From Octopus sinensis (Eukaryota): a stretch of DNA of 64,000 nucleotides. Shown piece by piece: positions 1 to 14,124 of the stretch; position 1 is the stretch's first letter, and each line of letters begins with the position of its first letter. The notes beneath the pieces are model-generated. The model saw only the letters and a list, made by a program, of their open reading frames with translations, did not search any database and had not been told where the DNA came from. The position numbers and the translations under genes are program-made. The stretch spans positions 107,136,001-107,200,000 of the forward strand of contig NC_043004.1 in assembly GCF_006345805.1 (NCBI RefSeq), written 5' to 3'.

Positions 1-746
1 GGGTGTGGTTACTTAGATATTTGGGCTTTAGGGGAAGACAATAACTAAGCTATAAATGACCTGATCAGTTCAATGATTGGTCATCATTTATGTCATGTCA
101 CTGCCGACTGTCACATGAATACAGACTATTAAATGACAGCAATTCATCTTTCCATAGAAATAGTTCAAATGGGTCACCTTCTCTTAAATGGGAGTAACCT
201 TTTGTACAATGATATTCTATCTATTGCCCACCACCACTATTTTCATGACTGATTGAAACAGGCATTTCCACCATGACCATCCTATTCATCTTGTTTTGGG
301 GGTTTTTTTTAAAGGCTTATTTTATGTATGACTATATTATCTAGTGTCATTTCTGCAAGACAGCACAAAGTGATTTCACAGAAATTTGGTTGCTATTTCT
401 AGCAAATCGAATGACCATATAGAGGCACCCTTACCAGGTCAACTAATAATAGAAAGTCGATGTCTGCCATGTGGGTGAGAAGATCTAACCACAAATTTCA
501 CTTCAAATAAAATTGCTTTACTCTAAAATCCTTTGACTAAAAATGATAGTCCCAAGTCTACAAAATAAACTTTACAACTAGACTGTCATAATTAACATTT
601 CCATCTTAATAATTAGAATACCAATGTTGCTTTTTGTTTGATGAAGGACAAGTTTTTCTGGTGGAGGTCAGAATCAGCCCACAACACATCAAGCATTGTT
701 CCTCATATGATGGAAAATGAAAATATTTGTTTCAGGCCACTTTTTG

Positions 747-748
<2 letters not shown>

Positions 749-791
<43 letters not shown>
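749..791. repeat. (CT)n microsatellite
   Basis: Directly visible. Confidence 0.95.
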
Positions 792-794
<3 letters not shown>

Positions 795-1009
795 GGTAAC
801 CATGTACCTCCTCATTAGCAAGACACCTATCTCTGTTTCTCTGTTACAATCTTACCTTTCATCATTTGATCCTGGATCACCTCCTCTAATGACCCCTCTG
901 TTGTGGCAAGACACCTGCTTCTATCTCTCTGTCACACTCAAACATTCATCCTCAGACAAATGCCCTGCCCTTCTCATAGTTCCTTGTCTTGTGAGTTACT
1001 TGATTACCC

Positions 1010-1308
1010 TGCCAGTGCTGGTGCCACATTAAAAGCATTCAGTCCACACTGTAATGTGGTTGGTGTCTGGAAGGGCCTCCAGCTGTAAAAATCTTGCCAA
1101 AACTAACTTCACTTGTGTTAGTGCCATGTAAAAAACGCTGAGTCCAATCTGCAGAGTGGTTGGTGTTAGGAAGGGTATCCAGCTGTAAAATCCCTGCCGA
1201 AGCAGACACAGTAGGCTTGGATAGGTTTTCTACCTGGCCGGCTCCTGTCAACAGTCCTACCCATGCATGCATGCATGGAAGATGGACATTAATGGTGATG
1301 ATGATGAT
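1010..1308 (+). mobile_element. Family C element with a duplicated middle module
   Basis: gtggttggtgt.[ct]ggaaggg..tccagctgtaaaa occurs twice before the (gat)n tail. Confidence 0.75.
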
Positions 1309-2282
1309 TAACTAATACCATTTTTCTCTCGCCACAGATTTTATTTCTAATTAGGTAAGCACACTTAATGCATGGAGCATTGAAGTCAGAATAAGCCCAA
1401 AATATGTCCAGAGTTGTCACTCAACAACATCAATTAATGCCCACTTTTCCATGCTGGCATGGATCAGACAGAGTTTACTGAGGCAGGTTTTCTACAGCTG
1501 GATTCCAGATGCGCTTCCTATTGTTTCTCCATGGCCAGATATGTTTCTGCAAGATATTGGAATGAATGACACTGCTTGTATAACAGTGACACTCATTTAC
1601 AACTATAACATGATGTCAAGATAAGGAGTCACAAACAATATACTCACTCTCTCTCTCCCCTAACACACACAATGGGCTTCTTTCAGTTTCCACTTACCAA
1701 ATCATATACGATCAAAAATGAAAATATTAGTCATTAACAAATATTTTTCCTTCATCACAAATTCTATTTCTAATTAGGTAAAGTTAGTTTTAACATATTT
1801 ATTACACGGAGCATTAAAAACTTATTTACTTTTGAATATCTGATACCCAACACCTATCAAATGCATGCTATAAGAAGATAGTCCATTATCCAGCTCACAC
1901 TGCAGTACCTGTTTCCACTATCATGCTGTTTCTATTATATTTATGACTCACTATCCTACTGACTTGCTTAAACTTCTTTATCATTCCTTTTGGTTAGCTA
2001 TTGAGAAGATCACCCTATGATGAAAAATTATCAGTTTCCTCTTTTCTTCTTATCTCTCAGCTTAGTAAGACCTCTACAATAAGTGAAATATATTCTTATT
2101 AAACAAAAACTCCCCATTATTGCTAGGTTTTGCATGCATGCACACACACAGGCACAACACTACAAGGAAGGGCAAACTCAGAACTTAGATTTTACTCCAG
2201 ATTTCTACAAAACTTTTAGAATAGAGGATGGAGATACAATGTGCAGAAACTTTTCAAAGATAAGAAGAGCAAGTAGATTATT

Positions 2283-2517
2283 ATCATCATTTAACATCCC
2301 CTCATCCATGCTTGTATGAGTCAGACGGAATTTGTTGAGCAGATTTTCTCTGGATGGCTGCCTTTCTGGTTACCAACCATCACCTGTTTCCAGGTTAGGT
2401 AATACTTTCCCATAGCCAGACATGTTTTCCACAAAAGTGATGAAATGAGCAACCTTGCCTGTATGATAGTAATACTCATTTACAACCATCATGATGACTA
2501 GACAAGGGTACCACACA

Positions 2518-2558
<41 letters not shown>

Positions 2559-2687
2559 TGGGCTTTTCAGTTTCTGTCTTCCAAATCTACTCAAAAGGGT
2601 ATAGTTAGCCCAAGGAGCTATGCAGTGGGACTGAACCCAAGACCACAGGGTTGAGAAACAAGTTTCTTAATCCTACAACCACACCTC
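2283..2687 (-). mobile_element. Family A head + (TG)n + RTE-related tail composite SINE
   Basis: Core cagtgggactgaacccaagacc, (CA)n, tail ending ...gatgttaaatgatgat. Confidence 0.75.
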
Positions 2688-3861
2688 AGAAATGTATGAG
2701 AGGATGTTAAAGAAGATTTCATGTTGTTTCATGAGTAAAGACAATGGCCCAGGCCCTTTGCAGGAACTTTCAGACTGGTGAGACCATTCCAGTTGATGAC
2801 CATTCTGAATGTCTATAAGTCACATAGCAGAGAACAAAAACCAAAGCATGGACTGAATGTCCCAGGAAACCTACCTAACTCGCCAACCCATGACTGGAAA
2901 GCAAAATTTGGTTCAAAATTTGGGTGTGACTTTCTGGGTCTACATTGATATGAAATAAGAATAATCATAAACATGAAAAGTACAGGCAGGATTAAGAAGC
3001 TTGCTTCTCAACCCTGTGGGGGGGGGGGGCAGTCCCACTGCATGACAATATTTTACTATAGCCCCAGGCCAATCAAAGCCTTGTGAATGGATTAAGTAGA
3101 CAGAAACTGAAAGAAAACTGTCATGTATATATGCACACACACACATGCAGTCTTCCATGAAAAGGGTGTTGGGCCACAAGTAAATATTACCTTGCTTGAA
3201 ATCAGGTGATGGTTGGCAACAGGAAGGCATCTGGTCATTAAAAAAACCCCGTTGAGGCAGGTGTTTTTTTTTTTTTACAGCCAGATGGGTCATAGAGATG
3301 ATGATGATGATGATACTGACAGTTCTGGATTAACATGCAGATTAAAATAAAATGCAGCTCACAAGGTTTTAAAAGTTAGTCATGCCTGGCCTAAAAAAAT
3401 CATGTGGCAGTGCAAGATAGAAAAAGCAGCAAGAAGAACCAACTGATCTAGTCCAAAACCCTTTCATGAGGGTTTTAGTTATTAGGTGGTTGGTTAGTAA
3501 AATACAGACGTAGCATCAAAGTATTGACACTGAGGTCAGAAGACAATCAGCAAAGACAGGTGAGATGAGGAGTTTCAAAGCAGCAACAAAAATAGTGGGG
3601 AAACAGCAAAGCAGAAATAGGAAAATGTCGGTAAAGATCTGAGGAATTATGCCATGACAAAAATGGATCTTAACAACTAAAACTTCCCACTTAACCCTCG
3701 CAACAGACTATTTTTCAAAAAAAAAGAGGAAGGTCACATTAATATAGTTTACAAGAGTCACAGGGATGGCTAAGCATTTTGCCTGGCATGCTATCATTTC
3801 TGCCAGCTCGATGCCTTACTCCATGCAAATATTGTATCTTATAGCATTTATTGCATTAGAC

Positions 3862-4330
3862 CAGGGGTCGTCAAGGAATTACAGGGGTCAATGATAGCCA
3901 AGGGGTTGAATGGGGGTCAGCGTGCAAAAGACCAGCTCACCCAGATGAACTGCTTGAAATACTTAGTCAGCGCCACGCTCATCCCTCACATTGATGTTGG
4001 CAATTTCAATAAAAGATATTCCAGCAATATGATGCATTTTTCACATTTTCTAACTGTGAAAACAATATCATAAAAATTGAAAGTTTAATACCATATATTC
4101 GTCCACGTAGTTTTAAATGTAGAAAGTATGTCATCTTCAATAGAATTTCTTAATTTGTTACACATGTATATTTTAGCTTACATTTTAATTGCCAGCATCA
4201 GTGGCCAGTACGCATTTCAGATATGGTACAGTAGGATAGGGCATTAAGATATTTTAAATGGGGGTGGTGGAAGATGTGGAAGGAGAAGTGGCTAAAGGGG
4301 TCAATGGTCAAAAAAGTTTGGCAACCCCTG
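3862..4330. mobile_element. hAT (Charlie-like) non-autonomous DNA transposon
   Basis: Termini CAGGGGTCGTCAA...TTTGGCAACCCCTG and an 8-bp TSD relic cattagac / cactaaac (6/8 match). Confidence 0.7.
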
Positions 4331-4704
4331 CACTAAACCAATATAAGTTTGAAGGATGATAAAGTGGGACTGGCTCTGCACAAACCATACCCAAAATAAT
4401 AGCATTCATTGTGCAGGCTGTTGAGCAAACCAAGACACAAGCACCATCATGCTTTTGTCAAAGGTCCAGTGGTGGTAGGGGAAGTGGCAATGGGGAAAGG
4501 TAGAGAATGTTTCTGGAAACCTTTAACTTTGACCCCGCATTCAATTGACACCATAGACTAAAGGTTTCCCCCACCCACATAGATTTGGATTTCATACACT
4601 CCTAAGGACATGATAAAACATTGAGCAAGAAACAGTGTGCAGTTGTGTCTTGCTGAATCAAGGTTCATCAAAGCAATGAGAGGGTTCAGCTATATCTTTT
4701 ATTG

Positions 4705-4905
4705 TTTATTTTGTTTCAGTCAGCAGACTGTGGCCATGCTGGAGCACTGCCTCGAAGAATTGTTGGTCAAATGAATCATCCCCAGGACTTATTCTTTGTA
4801 AGCCTAGTACTTACTCTATTGGTCTCTTTTGCTGAACTGCTAAGTTACAAGGACATAAACACAGAAACACTAGTTGTCAAGTGGAATTGGGGGACAAATA
4901 TGTGT
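4705..4905 (-). mobile_element. Family A SINE tail-1 fragment
   Basis: ttgtttcagtc...catgctggagcact...gacttattctttgtaagcctagtacttactctat. Confidence 0.8.
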
Positions 4906-5779
4906 GCACATGCACACATACATACACACAAATATATATATATGTGGTTGGTGTTAGGAAGGGCATCCAGCCATAAAAACCATGTCAAAACAGACAATTG
5001 GGGCCTGGTGTAGTCTTCTGCCTGGCTGGCATCTGTCAAACCCTCCAACCCATGCCAGCATGGAAAGCAGACATTAAATGATGAGGAGGAGGATGACATG
5101 TCTATAACAGGCTTCTATCAGTTTCTATCTAACAAATCTACTCATAAGGCATTGGTGGCCTGAAGACAAAGCAGGAGACACTTGCCCAAGGTGCCATGCA
5201 GTGGGACTGAACCCAGAACCATGTGGTTGGGTGCATCTATAAATTGAAAAAAAAAAAAAAAAACAGAGACCGTAAGTAGTCCTACTTATATTATATCCCA
5301 AACAAGACAAAATGGTCACAGCTGGGACATCATTCATCAATTTATTTACTGAATCAGTGCTAACTGGGACTAATCAACAACCAAAAATGGCCAGAAGTAA
5401 TTACCGTCTCTTCCAGTTACAGCACAAAATATAAACAAAACTTAGAGATTTCATATAAACTAAAACTCTAGTTAGCCACAGAATGTTACAAGATTATCAA
5501 ATTAAATCATAATATTTTTCTATCATGAAGGAGGAAACATTTGTTAGCTTATCTTCAGTGTTATTTTTTCTACTGAAACCTATTAGTTAGAATATACAAG
5601 TTAACCTAATATTAGGTTACTAAACACAAACATGCCAGATAGATAAACAACAAATTCCTTGAAACTCTTGTTTGGATATAGAAATTAAAATTTTAAAATA
5701 CCACTATTTACTATTTCCAAAGAGTGCTACACATTAAAGTTTAATGCTTTCTTGGATTTCAATCATTATTTTTATCTCA

Positions 5780-5975
5780 GGTAATGAATTGGCAGAATCG
5801 TTAGTACATCAGACAAAATGCTCCACAGCGTTGCTTCTAGCCATTTATGCTCTGACTTCAAATTCTGCTGAGGTCAACACTGCTTTTCATCCTTCCAGGG
5901 TCAATAAAATACCAATTGAGTACTAGGATCAATGTAATCCCTAAATTTCAGGCCATGTGCCTACAGTAGAAACAA
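5780..5975 (+). mobile_element. Family B SINE
   Basis: gaattggcagaatcgttagtac...gcttttcatccttccagggtcaataaaat. Confidence 0.75.
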
Positions 5976-6242
5976 TTCATTTTATTATTTCTATTCTACA
6001 TCTCACAGCTCTCAATTTTACATGCTCTGGTTAATTCTGCCATATGCCCTTCCTGTTGTCAACCTTCACCCATTTCCAAGCAAGGTAATATTTCCCCTTG
6101 GCCAGACATACCTTGCTTGTATGACAATGATGCTCATTTGCAATCAACACATGATTTCAAGACAAGGGTATACACACACACACACACACATATTTTATAT
6201 ATACATGTTTTTTTTATATATGTGTGTGTGTGTGTATGTGTG

Positions 6243-6575
6243 AAGGCGTATGGCTCAGTGGCTAGAGCGTTGAGCTTACGGCCGTGAGGTTGTGAGTTTG
6301 AATCCTAGACCAGGCTGAATGTTGTGTTCTTGAGCAAGACACTTTATTTTACATTGCTCCAGTTCACTCAGCTGTAGAAATGAGTTGTGATGTCACAGGT
6401 GCCAAGCTGTATTGGCCTTTACCTTTCCCATCGATAACAATGGTGGTGTGGAGAGGGGAGGCTGGTATGCATGGGTGACTGCGGGTCTTCCATAAACAAC
6501 CTTGCCTGGATTTGGGCTTGGGAGGGTAACTTTCTAGGTGCAATCCCATGGTCAGTCAGGACCGAAGGGGGTTTC
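6243..6575 (+). mobile_element. Family E SINE (tRNA-like head, CORE-like gtgttcttgagcaagacact)
   Basis: A box tggctcagtgg, B-box relic gagtttgaatcc; homologous to 58282-58575. Confidence 0.85.
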
Positions 6576-6576
6576 A

Positions 6577-6618
<42 letters not shown>

Positions 6619-6760
6619 AATAATTAGAAGATAAAATCATTAAAATTAATGAATTTTATCAATGGCCAGTATATAAAAACCTTTTAGGTAAAATACATTT
6701 ATAGAGATATAACTGTATAGGGTACAGTTATACTTAAGGGCACAAAAAAACTATTATACC

Positions 6761-6899
6761 TATTCAGTCCACAATTAAATACACAGGTTGTAAGTGGGGA
6801 AAGTAGGCTGGCTAAAAATTTATAACTGAATTGTTTTATGAAGTTTTAGCCAGCCTACTTTCCCACTTACAACCTGTGTATTTAATTGTGGAGTGAATA
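6761..6899. mobile_element. 139-bp MITE / foldback element with ~57-bp nearly perfect TIRs, TA-terminated
   Basis: The arm tattcagtccacaattaaatacacaggttgtaagtggggaaagtaggctggctaaaa differs from the reverse complement of the other arm by one substitution and one indel; 26-bp spacer. Confidence 0.8.
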
Positions 6900-7254
6900 T
6901 TCAAAGTGATAGGATGTATTCAGTGCCTTCTTTCAGCATATAGACATTGTATCTTTTTGAGCTCTTACCAAATCCACTCACAAAGTTTTGGTCAGCTTAG
7001 AGCTACAGTAGAAGACACAAGGTACTGCACAGTGAGACAGAACCCCAAACCATATAGTTGGGGAGCAAGCTTCTTAATCGCACATACACAGCTTTGTACT
7101 CATAATCTAATGTAGCTTCCATTTATACTGGCTACAATTTTAGTAACAACAAAAAACATCCTTAGGAATTTATTTTTCTTTTAAATTCTGAAATTTTTTA
7201 AACAAAATCATAGATTAAAGATAAAGATAATACAATCTGCCTTTTCACTCAAAG

Positions 7255-7400
7255 AAAGAATCTCTGTTGCCAGCAGACATAACAGCACCCTTCCACCCCA
7301 TCTTTACTCTGGCTATCAAGGTTTTGGAACACACACCTCCACTACTTAAGTCACTAAGGTAAGAGGAGCTACCAGCTACTTCTAAAGAGCCCGCCAAGCA
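7255..7400 (-). mobile_element. Short RTE-clade LINE fragment
   Basis: LEVAGSSSYLSDLSSGGVCSKTLIARVKMGWK on the minus strand. Confidence 0.55.
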
Positions 7401-9769
7401 TTTCAAAAAGAATGTATATAGTTTGTAACTTTACTTCTAATTATTCCTGTGCCAAAGGGTTTCCATAGTTTCTATCTATCAAATTTTACTCGGAAGGTAT
7501 TGGAAATACAAATGCTAAGGAAGAAAATACTTGCTCAAGGTACAGCAAAGTGAGATCAAATCCAGAACCATGAGCATAAAAGCAAATTTCTGAACCTCAC
7601 AGTCATGGTTACTCCCACCTAATGCAAAGGAATCCAGACATTAAAATCAGATATAAGCACAAGAACTATAGATTCCCTCATAATTTAGTAAAAGAATTAG
7701 CTTTTTATATTTAACTGATAATCAGTCTTGCCTTTCAAGATAATTCTCAAGCTTTAACGCAAGACAGAGTTTTCTTTCTGCTAGTCCAATAATAACTCTC
7801 ATATCAGACTCCGCCCATCATCATCATCATCCATATAGAACTCTACTCTTTCCTCTCCATCCTCCCATCGACTTTAATATATATGGCACATTTCTAAAAG
7901 TATATATTTAATCTCTCATAACCTACATACATTTTACTTCCAACACTCACTGTATTAAATTCATCAGTCACCAACTACAGACTACAAATTTGGTTCTACC
8001 TATTTAAAAGTCATAAATCAAGATGTAGATAACAACTAAGGTAAAGTTATACTATTCACTTCCAGTACAGTCACAAGTTTAATTTGCTATCTGCAAATCA
8101 ATAGCAAACTTAACTGACTACTAACTTCTTCAATAAGTCATGCAAACATATAAATTTATAGAGTAATCCAACCCACTTTTACATAAAAAAATAAAAGCAT
8201 ATAGGCATTTCAGACCAACTCCAACTACATTTGATGCTGTTTTCCAGATTTGGAGTCAACTTTTAACACCCAATTCTTATTATGTAAAGCATCTTATAAT
8301 GTGTGTTTATCTACAGTGAACAATCTAAATTAATGAAATTAGAAACAGATTTAATTTTCAAACAAATGAACCAGCACATATCAAGGAACTAAGAACTGAA
8401 CCTGTTTTCTTTAGGTCTGCGATGGACATTAAAAAAAAAGTAATCAGCCTACACTTTATTGGAAAATATGTTAAATTGTAGGGTTTTTTTTTGTTTTTGT
8501 TTTTTTTTTTACCTGGGGTGATTCATTGCCAATCAGAAAAACAAAACTAAAAAAAAAACCCTTCATTTCATGCTAACAAAATTTGAACTCAAACACCTTG
8601 AGGTTTTGAATCTGAGACACCATTGCTACAATTTCCAAACCATTATTCTGCCAAATTCACAATATAAACATTCTTTTATATCAAAAGCTTCTGCAAGACT
8701 ATAAATGCTTCAACTGTATAATCATAAACACTGTGATGAGACTGAAAACTAGGTCTTTGGATTAAGTTGCTGCCTGTATCTTACTCTAACATAGAAAATG
8801 ATGGCTAAAGAGGTGATAAACAGCTAATTAACTTCTACCTCAATAAATAACAGAATACACCTATCAGTAGGGAGCTGGTCTAGTATTGCTTTCTGCTTAA
8901 TCCAATCCTAGGACAGGGAAGTTAACTGGAAAGAAATAAAATGGAAATCTCCCACTCTTATTTTATAATATTATTGTGTACGTGATTAAGCATAAACTTA
9001 CATCTAAAATTACTTTGACTACAGCCACAGAACACTTTAACCATTCTGTTTCTACCTGATGCAGATCACAGAAATGGTCTGTTATGTTATTTACATCATT
9101 TCTGCTAAGGTAAAAAAAAAAAAAAATCTGGAAAAAATCCAAAAATTTATACTATAAACTATTTCCATTCCTATCTCTGTTAAATACTCCTCAAGGTCAA
9201 TTATAGCCTCTGCCAGTGACATTATATTAACAGAAGTCCACCACCACCACCACCACCCCGCCCACTACTACAACTGGTACTTCTCATATTTCATTCTAAA
9301 AGCATTCAACAGCAATCATGTCCTCATCAAACATTGGTTTCAGAACAGATGTTTAAATTAGCCATAAAAGTTTAGATAAGAAGAATAAAGGATATTTATT
9401 GCCCAAAAACACACCACGACTCCTACTGCCTGACGAAAATATCAGAAATTAGAAACCAAGAATCCAGCAATATGTTACTGCCTCTCACTTGCAGAGCCTT
9501 CATATTTCAGTATGCAAAAAAAAAAAAAAATTCAAGTTTTTCTCAAGAGGCTTGACTGCAGTAAAAAGAATGCCCTGTGGAAATTAGCAGACATTCTTGC
9601 CAGGAATGTAACACATATGGAACCAAAGAATCAGTCTTCAGCGACACAACAGAGCAGCTAATAATAAATGAGTTCTCATATTGGCAGAGGACTACAAATC
9701 TACAGTTGAGTGGATTTTACTTCCAGTATATTACTGGTACTTATTTTATTAATATTTTTCTTTCTAATA

Positions 9770-9970
9770 TTGGCACAAGGTCAGCAATTTTGAAGGGAGG
9801 GGAGGTCACACACGCTGACCCGGTGGTCAACCGGTACTTACTTTAATTGACCCTGAAGGGATGAAAAGCAAAGTTGGCCCTAGCAGAATGTGAACTCAAA
9901 ATGTAAAGAGTCAGAAGAAATTCTGCAAAGCATTTTGGTTGACTAATGATTCTGACAGCTTACTGCCTAT
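9770..9970 (-). mobile_element. Family B SINE
   Basis: Reverse complement of the family B consensus. Confidence 0.7.
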
Positions 9971-10479
9971 TTCATTGGCCCAGGGGAAAATGAACATGAA
10001 GTCAACATCTGAAGTAGAAAAAGTTTGCAAAATAAAATAAATAATTTTGCTGTGAAGAAAAGAAGCTTAACGTTTCAAGCAGGACTCTTCAGCAGACATG
10101 TATAAACGGGTGAGAGAGGGGGGAGAGGGAGGGAGAGAGAGAACAAAGAGAGAAAGATGAAGAGGTGGGAATAACAAGGACAAATAAAATGCCAAGAAAA
10201 TAGCAGCCAAAGTGAAAAGATGATTAACATTGAGACTAACAGATTTGAAAGGTGGAGATTGTTAACATCAAGAGAAAGAAAGACATCTAAGGAAGAAGAA
10301 GAAAAGCAATAAAACCAAGCAAAAGCAAAAGCCTAAGTTAGCAGGAAAGACAACAATAATCTACTGCTGTGTAGAAAATAACAAAACTTGGCCTGTGGAA
10401 AATGGTTAGAAATTGCAAATGGTTACCTAATATAAACTATAGATACATGACAGGTGAAGTGGGATCCCAGGAAAGGTAA

Positions 10480-11090
10480 GAGAGAAGGAAATTTGGATAT
10501 GGGTGCATAAGTGGTTACCAGTCACTACATAAAATTCTTTTAAATGCTTGGAAGTTGAGAGAGAGAGAGTGTTTGTTACCTGAGATGACTTGATTAGCAG
10601 TCGAAAAGGAGGGAGTTTCAAAAGCAGAGTAGCCAGAATAAGAAGAACAGGGTGGGACAAATTCAAATAATTATCACCCCTGCTGGCATTAAAAGGATTC
10701 TCACTCATAAGAAAAGGTAGATTATATATGATCCTTATGTAGAAAGTGCAATCTTTGTGTGGTAATGGAACATGGTATTAAATACAGATTTCAACAGGCA
10801 GGAAATGAGGTAAGCATTCTCTGCTTGATCTGTAATCTTTGTTGAGCAGAAACAATAGAGCACAAATGAGCTCAAAGAAATATGCAAGAGAGGAGATGGT
10901 GTTAATATGGATCTGTAATGCTTACACAAGATGACAGATAAAGAAATCCATAAAAGAGCAAGACCAGGAGAGAGAAAGGAGGAAATTATGAAAACTGATT
11001 TCAGAAAGTTGAGTGTCACAAAGGAGATGACAAGAAATTGCAACAAGTGGTAAGACATTGAGCTGGGAAGAACCATCCGACCTTTGCAAC
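10480..11090 (+). mobile_element. Decayed RTE-clade LINE 3' fragment
   Basis: Frameshifted LEVE...DLISS.KGGSFKSRVARIR.GWDKFK*LSPLLALKGFSL..KGRLY resembles the RTE post-RT motif LEVVDSFCYLGD...GW.KFRELLPLL. Confidence 0.7.
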
Positions 11091-11646
11091 AATGATAATG
11101 CTTCTGCGAGTGTGAGGTAAAAGTAAAGAGACCATTAGCTACTGCACTAGGAGAAGAAGAGGTGTTTGATAATAATTACATGTGATGGAGGGTGTTGAGT
11201 AAAAATGAGGTTATTTTCCCCAATGTCTATAGGTGAAAGATGCACTTTGAGATAAGGTGACTCCACAAAAAGAAACAACTCATGGAGAGGCCAGGTGAAT
11301 TGAAATGTTAGGCTACAGGTTTGGAGAGTGACTGGATCCTGCTCCAGGCATCAAGGTGTTGTTTATGGAAAGGGTTACCTAGATGACAACTAATTTTATT
11401 AATATATAAAGACTTTGCTGTATACAAAATCGGAATACAAGGAGAAACAAATAGTGTAAAAACAAATATTAGTCCAGTGTTCTACCATTTCTATTGCTTC
11501 ATCACTCAAAAATAATAATTGTAATTTCTTTGTGGTACAAAGCTACAGCTTTGACTTGACTGCTATGAATTTTAATGAACTTTCCCCAAGAAGGACAAAA
11601 GTGAAACACTAACCTTATTAAGATTTGAAATCCAAACATAAAAGAG

Positions 11647-12060
11647 ATCATCATCATCATCATTTAACATCAACTTTTCCATGCTTACACAGGTCAGACG
11701 GCATTTATTGAGGCAGATTTTTTTACAGCTGCATGCCTTTCCTGTTGCCAACCCTCACCTATATCTAAGTATGGTAATATTTTCCATGGCCACACTAGAA
11801 ATAAACATGCTTGTATGACAGTGATATTTGATTACAATTACTAAGTGATATCAGTACGAGGGTACACACAAACATGCGCACGTATACACACACGTATAAG
11901 ACAGGTTTCATTCAGTTTCCATCAACCAAATCCACTCACAAGGCTTTGTTCAGGCCAGAGCTGTAGTAGAAGACACTTGCCAAAGGTGCCACACAGTGGA
12001 ACTGAACCCAAGCCCACATGGTTGGGAAGCAGGCTTCTCTACCACACAGTCACACCTGTA
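11647..12060 (-). mobile_element. Family A head + RTE-related tail composite SINE, full length
   Basis: Head and core at 11900-12060; tail with ggttggcaacaggaaaggcatgcagctgtaaaaaaatctgcctcaa...(gat)n. Confidence 0.8.
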
Positions 12061-13472
12061 CCTACTGTAACTAAATATTTAAAAACGTTTTATTACATAA
12101 ACATTTTGATTCTGATGACATGAAACACAGCTTCCTTCTCCTAACGGTAACTTGAGAGGGTAGCAGCTTACGTATGAAATGTTTAATAAAAAAAATAAGC
12201 ATGTGGGTGCTATCTTGTTCCATTAATAAAACTAAATTAGTGCTAGTTCTTATCAATTCAGTCTTGTGTTTCTCTTGTAAAACCCCTTTTGCACTTAAGA
12301 GGATATGGAAACTATGAAATGTTCACATCTTTGGAATTCCCTTCCTGTTTATATATTCTCACTAACAAGCAAAGACATAGTATGTGTGTGTGTGTGCATG
12401 CATATGTTGGTTTCTCAAATCAACAATGAACTAGTAAACCTTATGATCAAAAACGTTCCTGTAGTAACCAATCTGTCTTTTATTCAGCAGTGTATCAATG
12501 GCTACATTATTGAATGACCCTTTTTGAAGACGTGTAACTTGAGCGAGACTGGAACATTTGGCAACTATTTCTAGCAATTCAAGCGAGGAGAAGATGAACA
12601 CCAGTCTTATAGATAAGTACCATTACATTTTTAGCTTAAATCCTACTCTGCTTGATTTTGTATTTCCCCACTTCAGGATTGATAATACAATAGTACTAGT
12701 CATATACCAGGGTTAATGAAAACGACAACACTCCTGTCCTACCCCACTAGATATTTGCAGCTTATACCAAAATCTGAAATTATTTGTCTAATTACTATAA
12801 ATACCAGATGTTGTCCATTAATTGAGCTAAACTTTAATAAACCACATGAAACTAGTTGCAATACAACAGCTACATATTTAACCTAATTCAGTGATCATAA
12901 CTACTTCATATGTGTAAGCAACATCGAAAAAAAAGACATTCCCTCTTCCAACATTTCAAAAAGAAAAGAAATAAACACATGCCTAACACCAACACAATGA
13001 AATATCCTTACTTTGAAATTTTCATAATTACAATTTCAGAAGGGAATTTTGCTAGTAAAGTGCAAAACAAAATACTGTCTAATATTTATAGTTAGAGCCA
13101 TAAAAGGATCTCATTTCCATCCAAGTAAAAATCCTCGAATGTCAACTTGCCATTCCTCCTTAAAAAAAAAAAAAATCAATAAAATATGTACTAGTCAAGT
13201 ATTGAAGGCAACCTAACCTCTTGTTAACAACAGTCATGGGCACATGAGCACAAACCTGGATCCATATAAGATTTTGGTGGGGGTGGGGGTCCACATAAGC
13301 AAAAGAGTAAATTGGAGATCCACAATAGTATATTAAGGATTCGTGAAAATCTTTTGATTTTGATGTATTTATTTGCAAGAAACAGCTGTTTCTTTCTCTA
13401 ACATTTTACATAGTGCAACCTGTGCAAGTTAATGTGTGAAAAACAAAAAAGGAATTTTGAAAAAAGTATACT

Positions 13473-13830
13473 CTCTTTTACTTGTTTCAGTCATTTGACT
13501 ACAGCCATGCTGGAGCACCGCCTTTAGTCGAGCAAACTGACCCCAGGACTTATTCTTTGGAAGCCTAGTACTTATTCTATCGGTCTCTTTTGTCAAACCG
13601 CTAAGTTATGGGGACGTAAACACACCACCATGAGTTGTCATGTTGGGGGGACAAACATACACACACACACATATATGACGGGCTTCTTTCAGTTTCCGTC
13701 TACCAAATCCACTCCCAAGGCTTTGGTCGGCCTGAGGCTATAGTAGAAGACACTTGCCCAAGGTGCCACACAGTGGGAATGAACCCAGAACCATGTGGCT
13801 GGTAAGCAAGCTACTTCCCACACAGCCACT
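13473..13830 (-). mobile_element. Family A SINE (tRNA head, CORE-like ggcaccttgggcaagtgtctt, central microsatellite, tail 1), full length
   Basis: Very similar along its whole length to 14876-15244; tail ends in cagtcaaatgactgaaacaagtaaaagag. Confidence 0.9.
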
Positions 13831-14124
13831 TGTTTATCGACATTAACTGGCTAAAGGCATCCACCAGAAAAGCATAGTAATCAAAGAGGTTCAAAGATTT
13901 AAAAAATAGTTGAGAACCACTGCTTTAATGTCTTTAGTAACCAATCAATTGAATAGCAGATATGTCCTGCAATGTTTAGTTAATTCTAATTACTTAAGTT
14001 CCAAGTTTACATTTTGCCAGAACTAACTTGGTCTTTTACTTTTCTGAGGATGATAAATTAAGAACCAGTTTAGGACCAGGATCAATTTGTGGCCTTGTGA
14101 CTGTGTAAGAAACCAATATTGGTG

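Noticed and set aside
6243-6315. tRNA gene-like sequence (also 42085-42155 and 58282-58350)
   Set aside because: A/B boxes are present but the acceptor stems are broken and each continues into a shared repeat body, so these are SINE heads.
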